Shown here: one piece after another, positions 1 to 13,834 of the stretch | Position numbering within the stretch: position 1 is the first letter of the stretch | Layout of the letters: every line of letters starts with the position of its first letter | Translations under genes and position numbers: made by a program | The notes under the pieces: model-generated | Told to the model about the DNA's origin: nothing | What the model saw: only the letters and a program-made list of their open reading frames with translations | Database searches by the model: none | From: Octopus sinensis | Lineage: Eukaryota | DNA length: 64,000 nucleotides | Direction: 5' to 3' | Assembly (NCBI RefSeq): GCF_006345805.1 | Contig: NC_043002.1 | Location: forward strand, 68,138,001-68,202,000

Positions 1-761
1 TGTTATATAGAATGGTAGTCTTTCTATATATTAAACATAGTGGAAAATTCAAAATTAATAATAATAATAATAGTAATAATAGTAATAATAATTCTTTCAA
101 CTTTTGGCACAAGGCCAGCAATTTTAGGAGGAGGTGGGTAGTCGATTATATTGACCCCAGTTTCCGACTGGTACTTTATTTAATCGACCACAAAAGAATG
201 AAAGGCAAAGTTGACCTTGGTGGAATTTGAACTAACGTAATGGCTTGGAAGAAAAGCTGCAAAACATTTTTTTTTTCCGAGGCTCTAATAATTCTGCCAG
301 CTCACCACTTTAATAATAATAATAATAATAATGAAAGATTTACTGTTTGATTACATAGGTTACTGTTTGATTACTTCGTTAAAGACAGAAGTATAAAAAG
401 ATGAAGAGGATATTCAAAATATTAAATTTTAGTAAATTCAATGAATATCTCTTGCTTGCTTAAGATATAAGAGAAAAAAGAAAAAAATTTTTTTTCAAAA
501 AAAAAAGAAAAAATTACATGATAATTTATAGTTTAAAGATTAAAGTTTTTAATTATAGTTTTGTTTAAAATCCAAAGAAACATATCTAGTTTCAATGTTT
601 AAAATCTAAATTTATTTTTGAAAGTTTTATTTAAGGTTACTTAAAGAGAATTTCTATTTTAGAAAAAAAAAATGTAATGGATTGTAATTGTAAAATATTA
701 GATATAAAAAAAAATAGGCATGTACGTGTTTATGTGCATGTGTATGTATGTGTGTGAGTGC

Positions 762-830
<69 letters not shown>

Positions 831-3253
831 TGTATTTCAATATTTCACTTAAGCATAGTAATTGTACAAATGCTTCAGAATGAAGTATCAGTTAAGTATA
901 GAGTTGAATAAGGAATTAGAATGACAAGCAAATAAACAATTATGTTATGAACTTCATAACATATTTATTCCTTTGACATTCTATTTTCTCATCTCAATTT
1001 TTTGTCTTTGTTGTCCTACACATTCACTTGCTTTCTTACAAAAAAATCTAATGCTCTTAGCTTAGACTTTTTCGTGGGGGGGCAACCAGATTTCAACAGT
1101 CTCAAATGTAACTGCCCAAAACTGTAAGGACAATCTGGAAACTTGACTGATGAAAGGCCAAAAATGACTCATCCTTTTTTTTCCTGTCCTTCTATTTGTT
1201 GTTTTCCTGTCTGCCTTTGTATCGTGTATTTGTCCAAATGTTTTATTGTCCTCTATCGCATTTTTGTTCCATTATATATATATAGATAGATACACACACA
1301 CACAATATATATGTAGTATTAATAATCATCAGGAGAATGGAGATTTTCCACATCTATAATTTTATTAAATAGGCCCATGAAAGAATACTGTAAATAACCG
1401 TTTAATAAAATTATAGATGAGGGAAATCTCTGTTCTCCTGACCATTATAAATTCTATTAGTTACTCTACAGAAACTATGCAATTCTGAAAAGGACACTCA
1501 GATTTACCAAACATGAATAATTACCTGAATCAAGTAACTTATTACTAACTCAGGTATAACCAACATTTGGTGTGGTTAGCCAGCATTGAAGAAACATGGT
1601 AACCACCAGGATTATATATAGACAGATAGATAGGCATACACACACATTATATATATATACATATGTGTGTGTGTGTATGTATACATTTTTGGGAGTAAAA
1701 CACTTGTTTATTGAGGATGCTGTTGTACTCTGTCTCCAAATGCTGTAGCTGATGGTGGTGAAGCAGCTCTGTAGGTATTTTAGCCCCTTCCACACACACA
1801 CACACACACACACACTCAGGTCCAACTACATGTTTAAGAAGTTTTGCTTTGCAACGTGTGATTTCAGATTTAGTGCTGCTTCTTGGGTGTTTTCTACTGT
1901 TAGCCACAGGTCAACTAATGTCATGCGAGGTAGTTTGGTAGAAGGAAACTGCATGAAGCCTGTCAACAGGTACTCTCCCCTCACACTCTTATAACCATCT
2001 ATCTGCCTCCCTGATCAACTATTCTTGAAGGTTTTGTTCTGGGACCCCATCACTACCTTCTTACCTCAGTCCCAGATATTCCTCATCACTGTTATGTAAG
2101 TGTGGGGTAGCCATTAGTTTCTCTACAGCATGACACCTTTGCTTGTCCCTCTTCACCCTATTAGATAACCCTCTCCCACTTAGTCACTTAGTAGTATTGG
2201 TTTGTCTCTTTATTTGTTCTTTCCGGTCTTGCAAGTCACTTGATAACCTCACAAGTGCTGGTGCCATGAAAAAACCACCCAGTATATACTGTAAAGTAGG
2301 TTGGTGTTAGGAAGGGCATCCAGCCATAGAAGCCATGTCAAAGGTCAGCTTGGTCCTATCAAACCATCCAACCTATGGAAACCAGTCCATTTCAAAGTAC
2401 CCCTGAATCACCGGGCAATACGCTGTGCTTAAGAAGACCTGTTGAGTCAAGTGGGATTGTAGTCATGGCTGGCACCCATGCTGGTGGCACATAATAAGCA
2501 CCAATGTAGCCAGTACTCCCAGACTGGCTCCCATGCCTGTAGCACATAAAAAGTACCATCCAAATGTGGTCAATGCCAGTGCCACCTAACTGCCCCACTG
2601 TGCCAGTGGAATGTAAAAAGCACCCAATACCCTCTCGGAGTAGTTGGCATTAGAAAGGGCATCGAGCTGTAGAAACCTTGCCAGATCAGATTGGAGCCTG
2701 GTGCAGCCTCCTGTCCAACCCATGCCAGCACGGAAAACGGATGTTAAATGATGACGAGGATGATGATATGTGTGTGTGCATGTTTGCATGCCTGCGCATG
2801 ATTGTGTGTAACCTAGATAAACCCCCATTTGAATGAAAAATGGTGTTGATGCTGACACCTCCTGTCGACATTATGATCAGTCACTGGGCACATTTGACAA
2901 ACTGTGGTATAAAAGAACCCCTTACTTTGAATAATTAATATGATTTGGCAACCAAAAGAGAATATGTCCATAAGAGCCTGCCTGCAAACCTATGGTACCT
3001 TGGAAAAGCACAAATTAAAATGAATATATACATATATATACATATATATATATATACATACATACACACACACATATATAGAACGGGTCAAAATGTGTCA
3101 TATCCAATAAAATCTTTTACTCATTCTATTTTATAATACTGTTACCCCAACCACCACTACAAAGTTCCTGCAATAAATTTATGGATAACAATGGGTAATT
3201 GAAACTGTGCCAGCTTTATTCATCATCTATTTATACATTTTGTATAATTTCTC

Positions 3254-3298
<45 letters not shown>

Positions 3299-4588
3299 TA
3301 TGTTTTGCAGTTGATAGGAGCAACAAAAAAAGTACTCCATGCAGCAGGAGACAAGCACCTGAATGATTGCAGGAAAGTGTACACATCACAGTATATTTCA
3401 AGGTAAAATATTACCTTGCATGGAAAACAGGTATGGGTTGGTAACAAGAGGGGCATCCAGCTCCAGAAAATCTACCTCCACAAATCCCTTCTGACCCATG
3501 CAACAATGAAAAAGTGGACATTAAATATTGATAATGACAATGATGATGTATAGTGCCTTTGTGTTTATATGGGATGGAGTGGGGCACTTTTTCAGGGGTT
3601 ATATTCAGTTCAAGCACATGGAAAGAAACTTACCTGTTTTCGCATATTTATTCCTTGAATTTCCTTGGTGCAACCATGGCTATGTGGTTAAGATACCAGC
3701 TTTGCAACTCAACCATCTCAAGTTCAAGCTCACTGCACAACACCTTGGATTAGTGTGAAATTTGGTTAATGGAAACTGCACAGAAGCCCATCTAGAGAAC
3801 TGTTCAATTCTTAAGTGGTAGACTTGGATCTGATACTCAGGGTAACACCACCCACTACCTGGCCCTTTTTTGGTGCCTTTAGTAGGGTACCATACTGTTG
3901 CAAGCCTTCAGACCATAACACAGGTCAGAGGGAATTTCCCAACCTCCCTCCTATCAGTCTAAGAAGCCCTTAAAAAAAGAGATCAAAAGGGTTATTGGTG
4001 TTACCTTTCCCATTCATGCAAAGAAAAAAAAAGGGAAAAAGAGAAAGAAATAAGCTCTCATACAGTATCAGTGAAGTACTGGAAAAGAGGATAATTTTGA
4101 GAAGGAAAAAGATATATACATAATTTCAGTAAGTAAAAAATACGAAAAATCATAATGATATATTTGAAACAAAGTAATTGAGTTAAAGAAAAGTTGTCTC
4201 GTGCTTAAAAAGAAAATAACAGTTGCATATGTATGTATACACACACACACACACACACACACAATATTCTTAAACAAAAATGTTACTGACAGTGACTTAG
4301 TTTTGGCCAACTAAGCCATTGCTGAGTTGCTCAACAATGGCTTCGTTGACTGAAACTTTAAAGTCACTTGTTTAAGAATAATAAATTTGTACTCTACAAA
4401 AATATAGAGTAACCCATCTGATTAATGTAAAATTGTTTTTTTTATTATAACTGAATGTAAAACAAACATTAATATAATGTTTATATACATGTACACATAA
4501 TTGAATTTAGATTTATAAATTATTTACTCGTGGGTAAATGATTTTTAAAGACAGTATGTATACATGCACATGCTTGTGTGTGTGTATA

Positions 4589-4619
<31 letters not shown>

Positions 4620-4859
4620 TAAATTATGCCTTTTCACACTGATATGCAAAGCCAATCTATTAGCAATGTATAAAATTGTATATCAATACAACTGTAATTT
4701 TACACCTGTATGATATGTATAAACACACACACACACACACATATAAATATATATATATATATACATATATATATCATCATCATCGTTTAACGTCCGCTTT
4801 CCATGCTAGCATGAGTTGGACGATTTGACTGAGGACTGGCGAACCAGTTGGCTGTGCCA

Positions 4860-4945
4860 GATATATATATATATATATATACATATATATATACATACAT
4901 ACATATATATATATATATACATACATACATATATATATACATACA

Positions 4946-4981
<36 letters not shown>

Positions 4982-5008
4982 TACATATATATATACATAC
5001 ATACATAT

Positions 5009-5041
<33 letters not shown>

Positions 5042-5051
5042 TACACATACA

Positions 5052-5098
<47 letters not shown>
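4860..5098. repeat. Compound (TA)n/(TACA)n microsatellite; one of dozens of (TA)n, (CA)n, (GA)n, (ATG)n, (TAA)n, (GTA)n tracts
   Basis: Directly visible; source of the YIYI/MYVC ORFs. Confidence 0.98.
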
Positions 5099-5871
5099 TA
5101 CACATGAACTTTAAGTTAGTAAAAATATGTTTGTGACATATTCTAACTTCTAAAGACAAATTCACTGCAGTTACTGTGAAGAAAAACTTCTTGCACATGT
5201 GTGTGTGTGTGTCTAAGAATCCACCTTTTGATGCAAGTCCAATGAAGTGCCCCTCCAATCTACCATAATTACTGCATAACTTTTCACATGGAATTATTTA
5301 AGTGTGCAATGGTCTTAAAAATGGAGAGGTACCAAAACAACAGTAGCTAGTAATAAAGATATGCTAAATTCACTCTTTGTCATCTTATACATACATTATA
5401 TATATATATGTATGTATGTAAAAGTAAACATGAAAATGGTGACAACCAGGAATCGAAATGGGAACATTACAGTGCTTGTCAAATGGCTGTTTATTTGATG
5501 TGTACACAAATACGACACAAAAACAGAGAAAAAGATGGGGAGAGAGTTATATGCACAATCATGAAATACATACTGAATTAAACATGGGTTATTTACATGT
5601 TCTTAAAAGCACTTTTTTCATTTGTTATCACAGAAGGAAACTATAAAGTAGGTCTTAAAAGGAAATGTGTTCAAGAGACAATAAAATGAAATACAGTAAA
5701 TTTGAAAAATGAAAATCAATAACATTATGTTATGGACGGGCTGCCAGCACTTAAACAATCCCAAAATGGTCCGAGGAAGTTTGTTCTGCAAACTTTTAGT
5801 TTTTCTTAATAGTATTCCAAAGAGTCAGGTGGATACCATGTTAACAAATCTAATTACCATCTGCCATATTA

Positions 5872-5925
<54 letters not shown>

Positions 5926-5932
<7 letters not shown>

Positions 5933-6295
5933 AATTCATAATTAAGGGCAAACGAAAATATTTCTAATGCCAAATATGCCAAAAAATTGGACATATTGTC
6001 CATTAACCATTAATTTTTTCACAATTCGCACGCTACTCGAAAAAAGGTCGACAGAAATTTCTAAAAGATTCCATTATTACCATATCGGACCGATTTCAGG
6101 GTTAGCTTATAACAGCCCTCCCTTCGTCAGTGATACATGTGGCAAAAGAAATAAATGAGATACTTACTCATACCCGTTTGCCCTTAATTATGAATTGTTT
6201 ATAAATTTAACCTTTAAAGGTATTTTTTAATATGCTGGCCAATGATAAGATTTTTTTTGGAAAAGAATTTTTTTCGAAAAAATTCTATCCTACAT
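5926..6295 (-). mobile_element. Penelope-like inverted-repeat remnant with hammerhead motif (6081-6138)
   Basis: 29-bp perfect inverted repeat 5926-5954/6175-6203; minus strand CTGACGA AGGG...CCCT GAAA TCG GTC; same family at 46845-47244. Confidence 0.7.
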
Positions 6296-6945
6296 ATATA
6301 TATATATATACACACATATATATACATACTCACATGCAGATACATACATATATATGGATGTAGCTATGTATGTGTGAGTGTATACATGCATATATACATA
6401 CACATACTTACACTCATACATACACACACACACACATATATGTATATGTAGCTTACAACATGCTTGCCATTATAGAGGACAAGGAGGGAAGACCATCATG
6501 TTGGCTGTGGAGGCAGTGGAGGTTGTTGTGGATAAAGAGGTGTGAACACTGGAAGGACCAGGAGGGGGAAGGGGACTACCTGGGTTAGAATGTTTGATGG
6601 TGAAAGACCCAAAACACCTAATGACTCCAAGAAACATCACCAATGTTGTGACCAGGTGCATTACAGGATAATCTAGGGAAAATTACATATACACACACCG
6701 ATTGAGTACGTACTTCATGTGAACATGTGTATGTATATGTGTGTGTGTGTGTGTGTGAGTGAGTAAAATGCAACTTTTGCCTGAGGAAATGAACACGTGT
6801 TAATATTCCTCTTAAAATCCATGGATTTTGCAAATCATGTATGTAATATCCTATGGATGGGGAATACAGCAATTAAAGCATTAGGTTTGTGGAAATGTAC
6901 ATGGATTTATGAATTTCCAGCCAAAAGTTCTTATTGCTGTATGTG

Positions 6946-6998
<53 letters not shown>

Positions 6999-7400
6999 GT
7001 TGGAATGCATGTGTATTATGTATTCTTGTTTATCAACAATTATATTCTAATTCAGTGTTTCTTTATATCACAATAATATTAAGTCAAAAATGAAGATCAT
7101 GTTTACTTTGTATATAATAAATACAAAGAAAAAAAAAGAGATAAAAACTACAAAAATTGGATATACCAGAAGTGTGTGTATGGGTGCATGTATGTATATA
7201 TATATACGTGTTAAGGTTGTTAAAAAATTAATAAGTTTTACTGATGAAAGGACTCAATACTCATAGTAGAGTCTAATTTATATGTAAAATAATAATATTA
7301 CACACATGCACTCACATATGTGTGTGTGTGTGTGTGAAGAGTTAGTTTCCACATGGTTGTGTATAGAACTGTCATTAACAAATTAGTGTTTATAGATTTG

Positions 7401-7447
<47 letters not shown>

Positions 7448-7920
7448 AACGAAGTGTGTATGTAAGTATGCATGCACACACGTGCACGCTCACACACACG
7501 TACATTGTGTGTACATGTGTGTTTAAATCAGAGACGTGAACTACATTAGGTGCAAACAGAAATACTGTATTGGTATTTATTCACGACTCAGTTACTTCCC
7601 CTCATCGGAAAGCCACTTTTTATTTTCATATCTTGTGTGAATGATGAAATGAGTACCAGACAAAGTACAGGAGTTGATACAATAGTCTAAAACCTCAAAG
7701 GTGTCTGAACATGGCCCACAGTCCAACGAATGAAACCAACAAATATAGAATACAAGAAGATATATACAAGCTGCAGTGCCAGGATTAAGCTAGGAGCCAG
7801 AGTAGCATATACAAGAGGCCCTGCACTTTCAGGTCCTCGACTGATAATTGCTTTGTCAGTATGTAACACTATATTGCCTTCAGCTTTTTATAACTTGATG
7901 TTTAAGGTTGATCCAATACA

Positions 7921-8527
7921 TCTAATATAATTATGAGCATAGTGATTTTATATATTTGTACGTGTGTGTGTGTGTATTTGTCTGAAATCACAGAGCAGAA
8001 GAAAGAGTAGTATAAGTGAAGGGAGAGGAGAGGAAATAGTAATTCAGTGAAGGAGAAGTAGTGAGAGTAATAGCCCTGATTAAGAAAGAGAGAGAGAAAG
8101 AAACAGCAATGAGAGAAAGGAAGTGGTAAAGAGTGAGAGAAAAGAACAGCAATGAGAGAAAGGAAGTGGCAAAGAGCGCGTCATGTACCTTCTATTTTTC
8201 TCATCAAAACATATGAATGAGAAAGGAAGGGGGGATAGATGAATAACGAAGGAAGGGATGAAAAAAAATCAGCGTTTCAAATCTGTGTGTGTATGTAAAA
8301 GGTAGGTATGTGAATGTTTGTGTTTGCGTGTGTGTGCCATGGAAGTGGGATGGTGAACGTTCAATGCTGAAAAGAAAAATCAAACAGCATTTCAAGTCTG
8401 TATGAGTATATGTGTGCTCGTGTACAAGGGAAGTATGTGAATGTTTGTATCTGTGATTATTATGCACCTTATTCATATATAAAACACTACCATTAGCTGT
8501 CATTTTTGACGGCACAGGATCACCTAG
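7921..8527 (+). mobile_element. Non-autonomous Helitron-like element
   Basis: A|TC start at 7921; hairpin GCTGTCA-TTTT-TGACGGC (8496-8513) 10 nt before CTAG|T; no TSD. Confidence 0.6.
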
Positions 8528-8677
8528 TTTTAAATAAAATACTTGCAAGCTATCAATTCCTGTTTAATGATCCAGCATTTTCTCTATCATATACTTCCTT
8601 CAGCTTTTGTGAATGATTGATTGTTTAAAAACTTGAGCCAATGCTCAGAATACTTTCAAGATCCAATACATTTTGAA

Positions 8678-8905
8678 TTAACTCTTTAGCATTCAGATTA
8701 CTTAGTCAAATGTAATGCTTATTTATTCACATTGTTTTGAACTATCATTCATTATCTCGCAGCCTTAAGGTTTTGATGATGTGATTGTGTATTTTTAGAA
8801 TGATATTATAGGGCACATGTTGAGAGGACATATCTGTCTGGTCCGAACGTAAAATAGATACAATATTTGGGCTGGATATGGTCAGTTTGAATACTAAAGG
8901 GTTAA
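8678..8905. mobile_element. piggyBac-like MITE
   Basis: TTAA-CTCTTTAG...CTAAAGGG-TTAA termini; related copy near 32240-32405. Confidence 0.6.
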
Positions 8906-9049
8906 ATAAATTACAACAACCAAATTAAAGAGCATCAATAAATAGACTGATTTAATTTTGGCCAGTTTTTAATAAATAGACTTATCATTCTGTTTCTCTA
9001 TTTTAATGTGTTAAACTCATCATATAATAAATAATTAGATGTAAATATT

Positions 9050-9290
9050 ATTTTTCTGTTGCATCTTGGGAGGGTCATTGTGCAAATAATAAACACACAC
9101 GCTGGTTATATTTCACTTCTTTATCATTTATTCGTCAATTGGTTAACTATTTAATTAATCAATTAATTGCTTGATTGATTGACTGAATGATTAATCAGAC
9201 AATTATTCATTCAGTCAATCAATCAAGCAGTTAAGTTTGTCAAAGTCCTTTCATTGCCATTAGCAACCTCATCAATGACACGCCGTCTGT
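9050..9290 (-). mobile_element. Penelope-like remnant with near-canonical hammerhead (9238-9280)
   Basis: TGTCA TTGATGA G GTTGC TAATG GCAAT GAAA G GA CTT TGACA; adjacent hairpin 9169-9228; family copy at about 21820-22400. Confidence 0.55.
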
Positions 9291-10491
9291 GCTTCAAGTC
9301 TGCTTCAGGTCTAATAAATTAAATAGGCTGAACAAATTAAATTATTGCTAAATATGACAGTTTCCATAATACTAACCATCTTCATTAAATTAAATCTAGA
9401 TTTTTAAACAGATAAAGAATATATCGTGTACAGCTTTCTACTTCAACTATAAGCTGTTAAGTAAAACTATAAAATCAAATAAGTTTAAATCATTATAGAC
9501 CACATAAACATATTTTAAGGTTGGGTATTAGGCAAGAATATTTAACTTGTACATCTTAATCTTAAACAATCAGTAATTAAAATTCAATAAAATAGCTAAG
9601 CTTTTTTTGTTGCTTTTTCATTGAGAGCTCCCTTTGTAATATATGCTAAAGGCTCTGCCCTAGCTTAATCCAACCCTACAAGCTGTAAACCTTTTATGTA
9701 GCTATAGGCATGAAAATAAAATGCTTGCAGAACACAGACAAGAAAAGTGACTCAAAATCTTCACCCAAATACAATTACGAATGTCTGTGCCTGATGAAAG
9801 ATTTTGAAAATTATTTGAATAAAATTTGAAATTTTTCTAAATGTAAATGATGAAAATAAGTCATATATTCATATATTTAACATAAAACTAATGTGTACAA
9901 AAGCTATAATTATACATACTGACTTCTGACAAGAGAACCATTGGCTAAGAAAAAAAAGTTAAGTATAAAATAGAATATTTCTTTGCTGCTCCTTCCTTGT
10001 CTTAGGAGTTGCAATTTGAAGCCCCAAATAAAGTGAAAATGTGTATTTACAGCTAGGGAAAATTGGTCCACAAGAATCAATTTCAGATTCAAAAACAAGG
10101 AATGAATTTGATCAAATTTCAATTGAGACATTAAATCAATAACTATGAATAAAATAAATATATCTGGATGACACAAGAAGACATCACTGAAGAACAAATG
10201 TTGGTTGTAGTTTAAAGGCTCATCGACATCAGATATCAACAACCATTGGATTAATTGAATCGTTCCAAATTTAGCATCCACACCGTAAGTTTCACCAACT
10301 AACATTTAAAAGCAGTAAATAAAATATACATTAAACAAAAAAAAAAAAAAAAATTCTATGTACAAAATGTAAAGATTTCATGCCTAAAGCTATTTTTATA
10401 TGAAATCATTTCAACTGACTGTGAGAATTGTAATGCTATTTCCACTGCCAGAGGAAATATAAAGCACTGCTAATACGAGAAAAAGAGGGGT

Positions 10492-10497
10492 TTTATT
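10492..10497 (-). promoter_or_regulatory. Candidate ACSL polyadenylation signal AATAAA
   Basis: TTTATT on + about 165 nt past the stop; another AATAAA overlaps the last codons (10663-10668). AT-rich context, weak evidence. Confidence 0.25.
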
Positions 10498-10500
10498 TAT

Positions 10501-10536
<36 letters not shown>

Positions 10537-10659
10537 GTTTCTTATTTCTTTTACAGAAGCAATGAGAGGTGTGAAAAAATGATATGATAAGAGATAACCA
10601 TGGTGCTACTGTAAATCCTGTGTGAGTACAGAACTGCAATGGCGCTTACACAAACTGCT

Positions 10660-10800
10660 TTATTTATTCAAAATATTGTACATGTTTTCGATCTGTAAGT
10701 GAAAATATTTGGCGACGTCTTGTCGTTTCATCTTCATAGTAGGCGTTAACAGTCCATTTTCAATGGTCATCAGCTCTGAGTGGAGATGTAAAGATTTCAC
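10660..10800 (-). CDS. ACSL: ACSL last coding exon (141 nt incl. TAA): [26 protein letters not shown]...NILNK*
   Basis: gttttgcag|GTG...AAA TAA; GLLTPTMK motif with the catalytic lysine. Confidence 0.96.
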   Translation of the reverse strand: MKSLHLHSELMTIENGLLTPTMKMKRQDVAKYFHLQIENMYNILNK

Positions 10801-13785
10801 CTGCAAAACAGAAACAGGATGATCAGTGGAATACCTTTAAAATTTTGAAAACACAATTGAAAAATATATAGACATGACTATATAAGATAATAAGTAAAGA
10901 TAACCATTCTTGTTACCACATACCTCTTGAAAGATTATTTTTCTACTATCAGTTTCAGTTAGAGGCTGTGGCCATACTGGGGTACCACCATTAGTGTTAA
11001 TGCTGTTATTCTTTTATTTGTTTCAGTCACTTGACTGTGGCCATCCTAGAGCATTGCCTTTGGTCAAACAAATCGACCCCAGGACTTATTCTTTGTATGC
11101 CTAGTACTTATTCTATCAGTCTATTTTGCCGAACCATTAAGTTACGGGGACATAAACACACCAGCATTGGTTGTCAAGTGATAGTGGGGGCTAACCACAG
11201 CCACACAAACATACACACACACACATATATACACGACAGGCTTCTTTCAGTTTCCGTCTACCAAATCCACTCACAAGGTTTTGGTCAGCCTGAGGCTATA
11301 GAAGACACTTTCCCAAAGTGCTATGCAGTGGGACTGAACCCGAAACAATGTGATTGGTAAGCAAGCTAATTACCACACAGCCACTTCTGCTTATTTTAGA
11401 CTCAATTCCTGTCCTTGTTTCTGAAAGCTATCCTGATGAAATACCGAGTTGAACAGAACTGATCTTCTTTACATTTCTTGCTGTCATCTGTGTTCATCTG
11501 ATATGTCAGATAAACATTTGTCTAATCGTTCTTTGAACACATCCGCCTCTTACACCTCACAGATGTCTGAAGCCTTTTGGCAAGGTACTGAAAAGTTATG
11601 GGCTTTTGAACTCTAAGCTGTTACAATATTGGGTCCTTACTTTGGATGGGTCTTTGGTCTTGAGATCTTTGTACTTTGCACAGATGCCCAGTTCAGTGAT
11701 GGATATAGATTCCACTCCCAATTTTAATTAATTTTGAAAAATAAGGAATTTATCAAAATAACTTTTGGCATTATTAATCTGGTGTTTGGAAGGATTTCAT
11801 TCAGATTATCTTAAAACAGGAAGTTTGTATCATAGAACTAAGGAGTGTCTCAGGCAGGGTGTGATAAAAAAAAATTGGAAAGGTCAACAAAATACAAATA
11901 TCAATTTCAAATTAATTTCAACATAAATCAATTGAAATACCTTTTTCCCAATTATATATTATTTAAATGTATAACTTTTAAAGACATTTAAATATATGGA
12001 ATGAAGAGCAAGAGCCACTCTCCAGTTATTTATTTAAAGCTGTATATGGCTATGGTGCAGCCACACTTGGAACCCGATCTTGCTCAGGACACTGACCTCC
12101 TGTAAACTGTTCAGAGATGTGCAACCAAGTGAATACCCTCCATCAGGCATCTACCATACTCTGAACACCTTGCTTCCCTGGGCATAGATACATTGAAGCT
12201 CTGATGTTTGGCAACTAACTGACTTGGTAAATACCCACAAAATTGTTAACCATTGTGCCAACAACTACCTTGAACATCTTTCTGAGCTCCATGTGTCTAA
12301 CACGTGGGCATGCCTACAAAGTCAGAAAACAGCACAGCTCCCATGACTTTTGGAAACATTTTTTCACACTCAGAGTTGCTAAAGCATGGAACAAACTACC
12401 TGCATTAGCTGTTAGTTGCTGAGACACTGCATCCTTTAAAACCTCCATGCTTCCTGAAATTCGCCAGCACTACACCTGATACCCCACCCTCCATACGCAT
12501 CCCCACATGTATATCATGACTCATACACTGTTCACTTTCCTGACTTTTGTACATAATTCTATGTACCGTACATGTATCTTCAATGAGTTGTAGGGCACCT
12601 GAGCCCTATACACAATAACTTCGTTATTATTTTTTTAATTACAGTAATATAAAAAACAAATAACACATAATTGTTTCAAATTCTAGCACAAGACCAACAA
12701 TTTTGGGGGAAGCAATTCCTTGGACTAAAGCGCTTGACTGACACTTATTTAATTGACCCTGAAAGAATGAAAGGGAAAGTCAACCTTGGTAGAATTTGAA
12801 TTCATAACATATAGTGCCAGAAACAATGCCACTAAGCATTTTGTCTGGCATGCTAACGATTCAGCTTGCTGCCTTACCAATTATAGATAATAATAGTTTC
12901 AAACTTACCTGTTCAAATGAATTCAAATTACCCTCTTTGCCAAGCTTAACAACATCGTCTAATATGTCTTTCTTTAATCTCTGTAATAACACAAAGTACA
13001 ATTATAAACAAATATACAGATTGAAATTAAAATTACTATTTTCAATATATAAGTATAAGTAAACTGACAAAATATTTAAATTAAAATTTCTATTGGCAAA
13101 GTTTATAAACCTATTTCTTTCTATATTTCTGTTGAAATACACAGCCTTCAGTTCGGTTAATAATGGCTTCAAATTTTGGCACAAGGCTTGCAATTTTGAG
13201 GGAGAAGGTAAGCTGATTACACCAACCCCAGTGCTTAACAGGTACTTATTTTTTGTTGACTCCAAGAGAACAAAAGGCAAAGCTGACCTTGACAAGATTT
13301 GAACTCAGAACATAAAGTCAGAAAAATGTTCTTAGGCATTTTTTTTTCCAGTGCAGTAATGATTCTGCCAGCTTGCTGCCTTATTTCAGTTAATATTAAA
13401 AATAATGAAGAATTTAATAAAATAACTTAGCCAATATTAAGCTCATGTTTGGAATGTGACTTCACACAAACCTTTGAAGGCAGATTTTAATTTAAAACAC
13501 TTCAAAACAGTTACTTTACATCACAGACCCAAGAGTGCTCTTGGTCAATTTGACTTCAAAATGGTTAGGGAAAACTAAATATGCTAAGAAACCAAGCTTT
13601 GTTAAATATATCCTGTTTCCACTATGGTTTCTTCAGAAATGGGAAAAGGACATACTACAAGAAAATAAAGGGGCCAAAGGCTCATGAATGAGATTACGCA
13701 ATATAGCACATTATGAGAAATAAAGTATAGCTGTGCTGGGTCTTTGAATCTTATTTATAGATATATATTTATATTTACACACACA

Positions 13786-13834
<49 letters not shown>

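Noticed and set aside
4780-5258. Long ORFs rich in YI/MYVC/HT (also near 720, 26886, 48647, 60402)
   Set aside because: Translations of (TA)n, (TACA)n and (CA)n microsatellites.
9910-10305. 131-aa minus-strand ORF downstream of the ACSL stop
   Set aside because: No recognisable motif or exon context; probably chance ORF in 3' UTR or flank.
1140-11460. Isolated CTGATGA/CTGAAGA hits at about 1148, 7241, 9791, 10187, 11434
   Set aside because: Missing GAAA or helix I/II pairing; 7241 has a helix II but no GAAA, too decayed to call.
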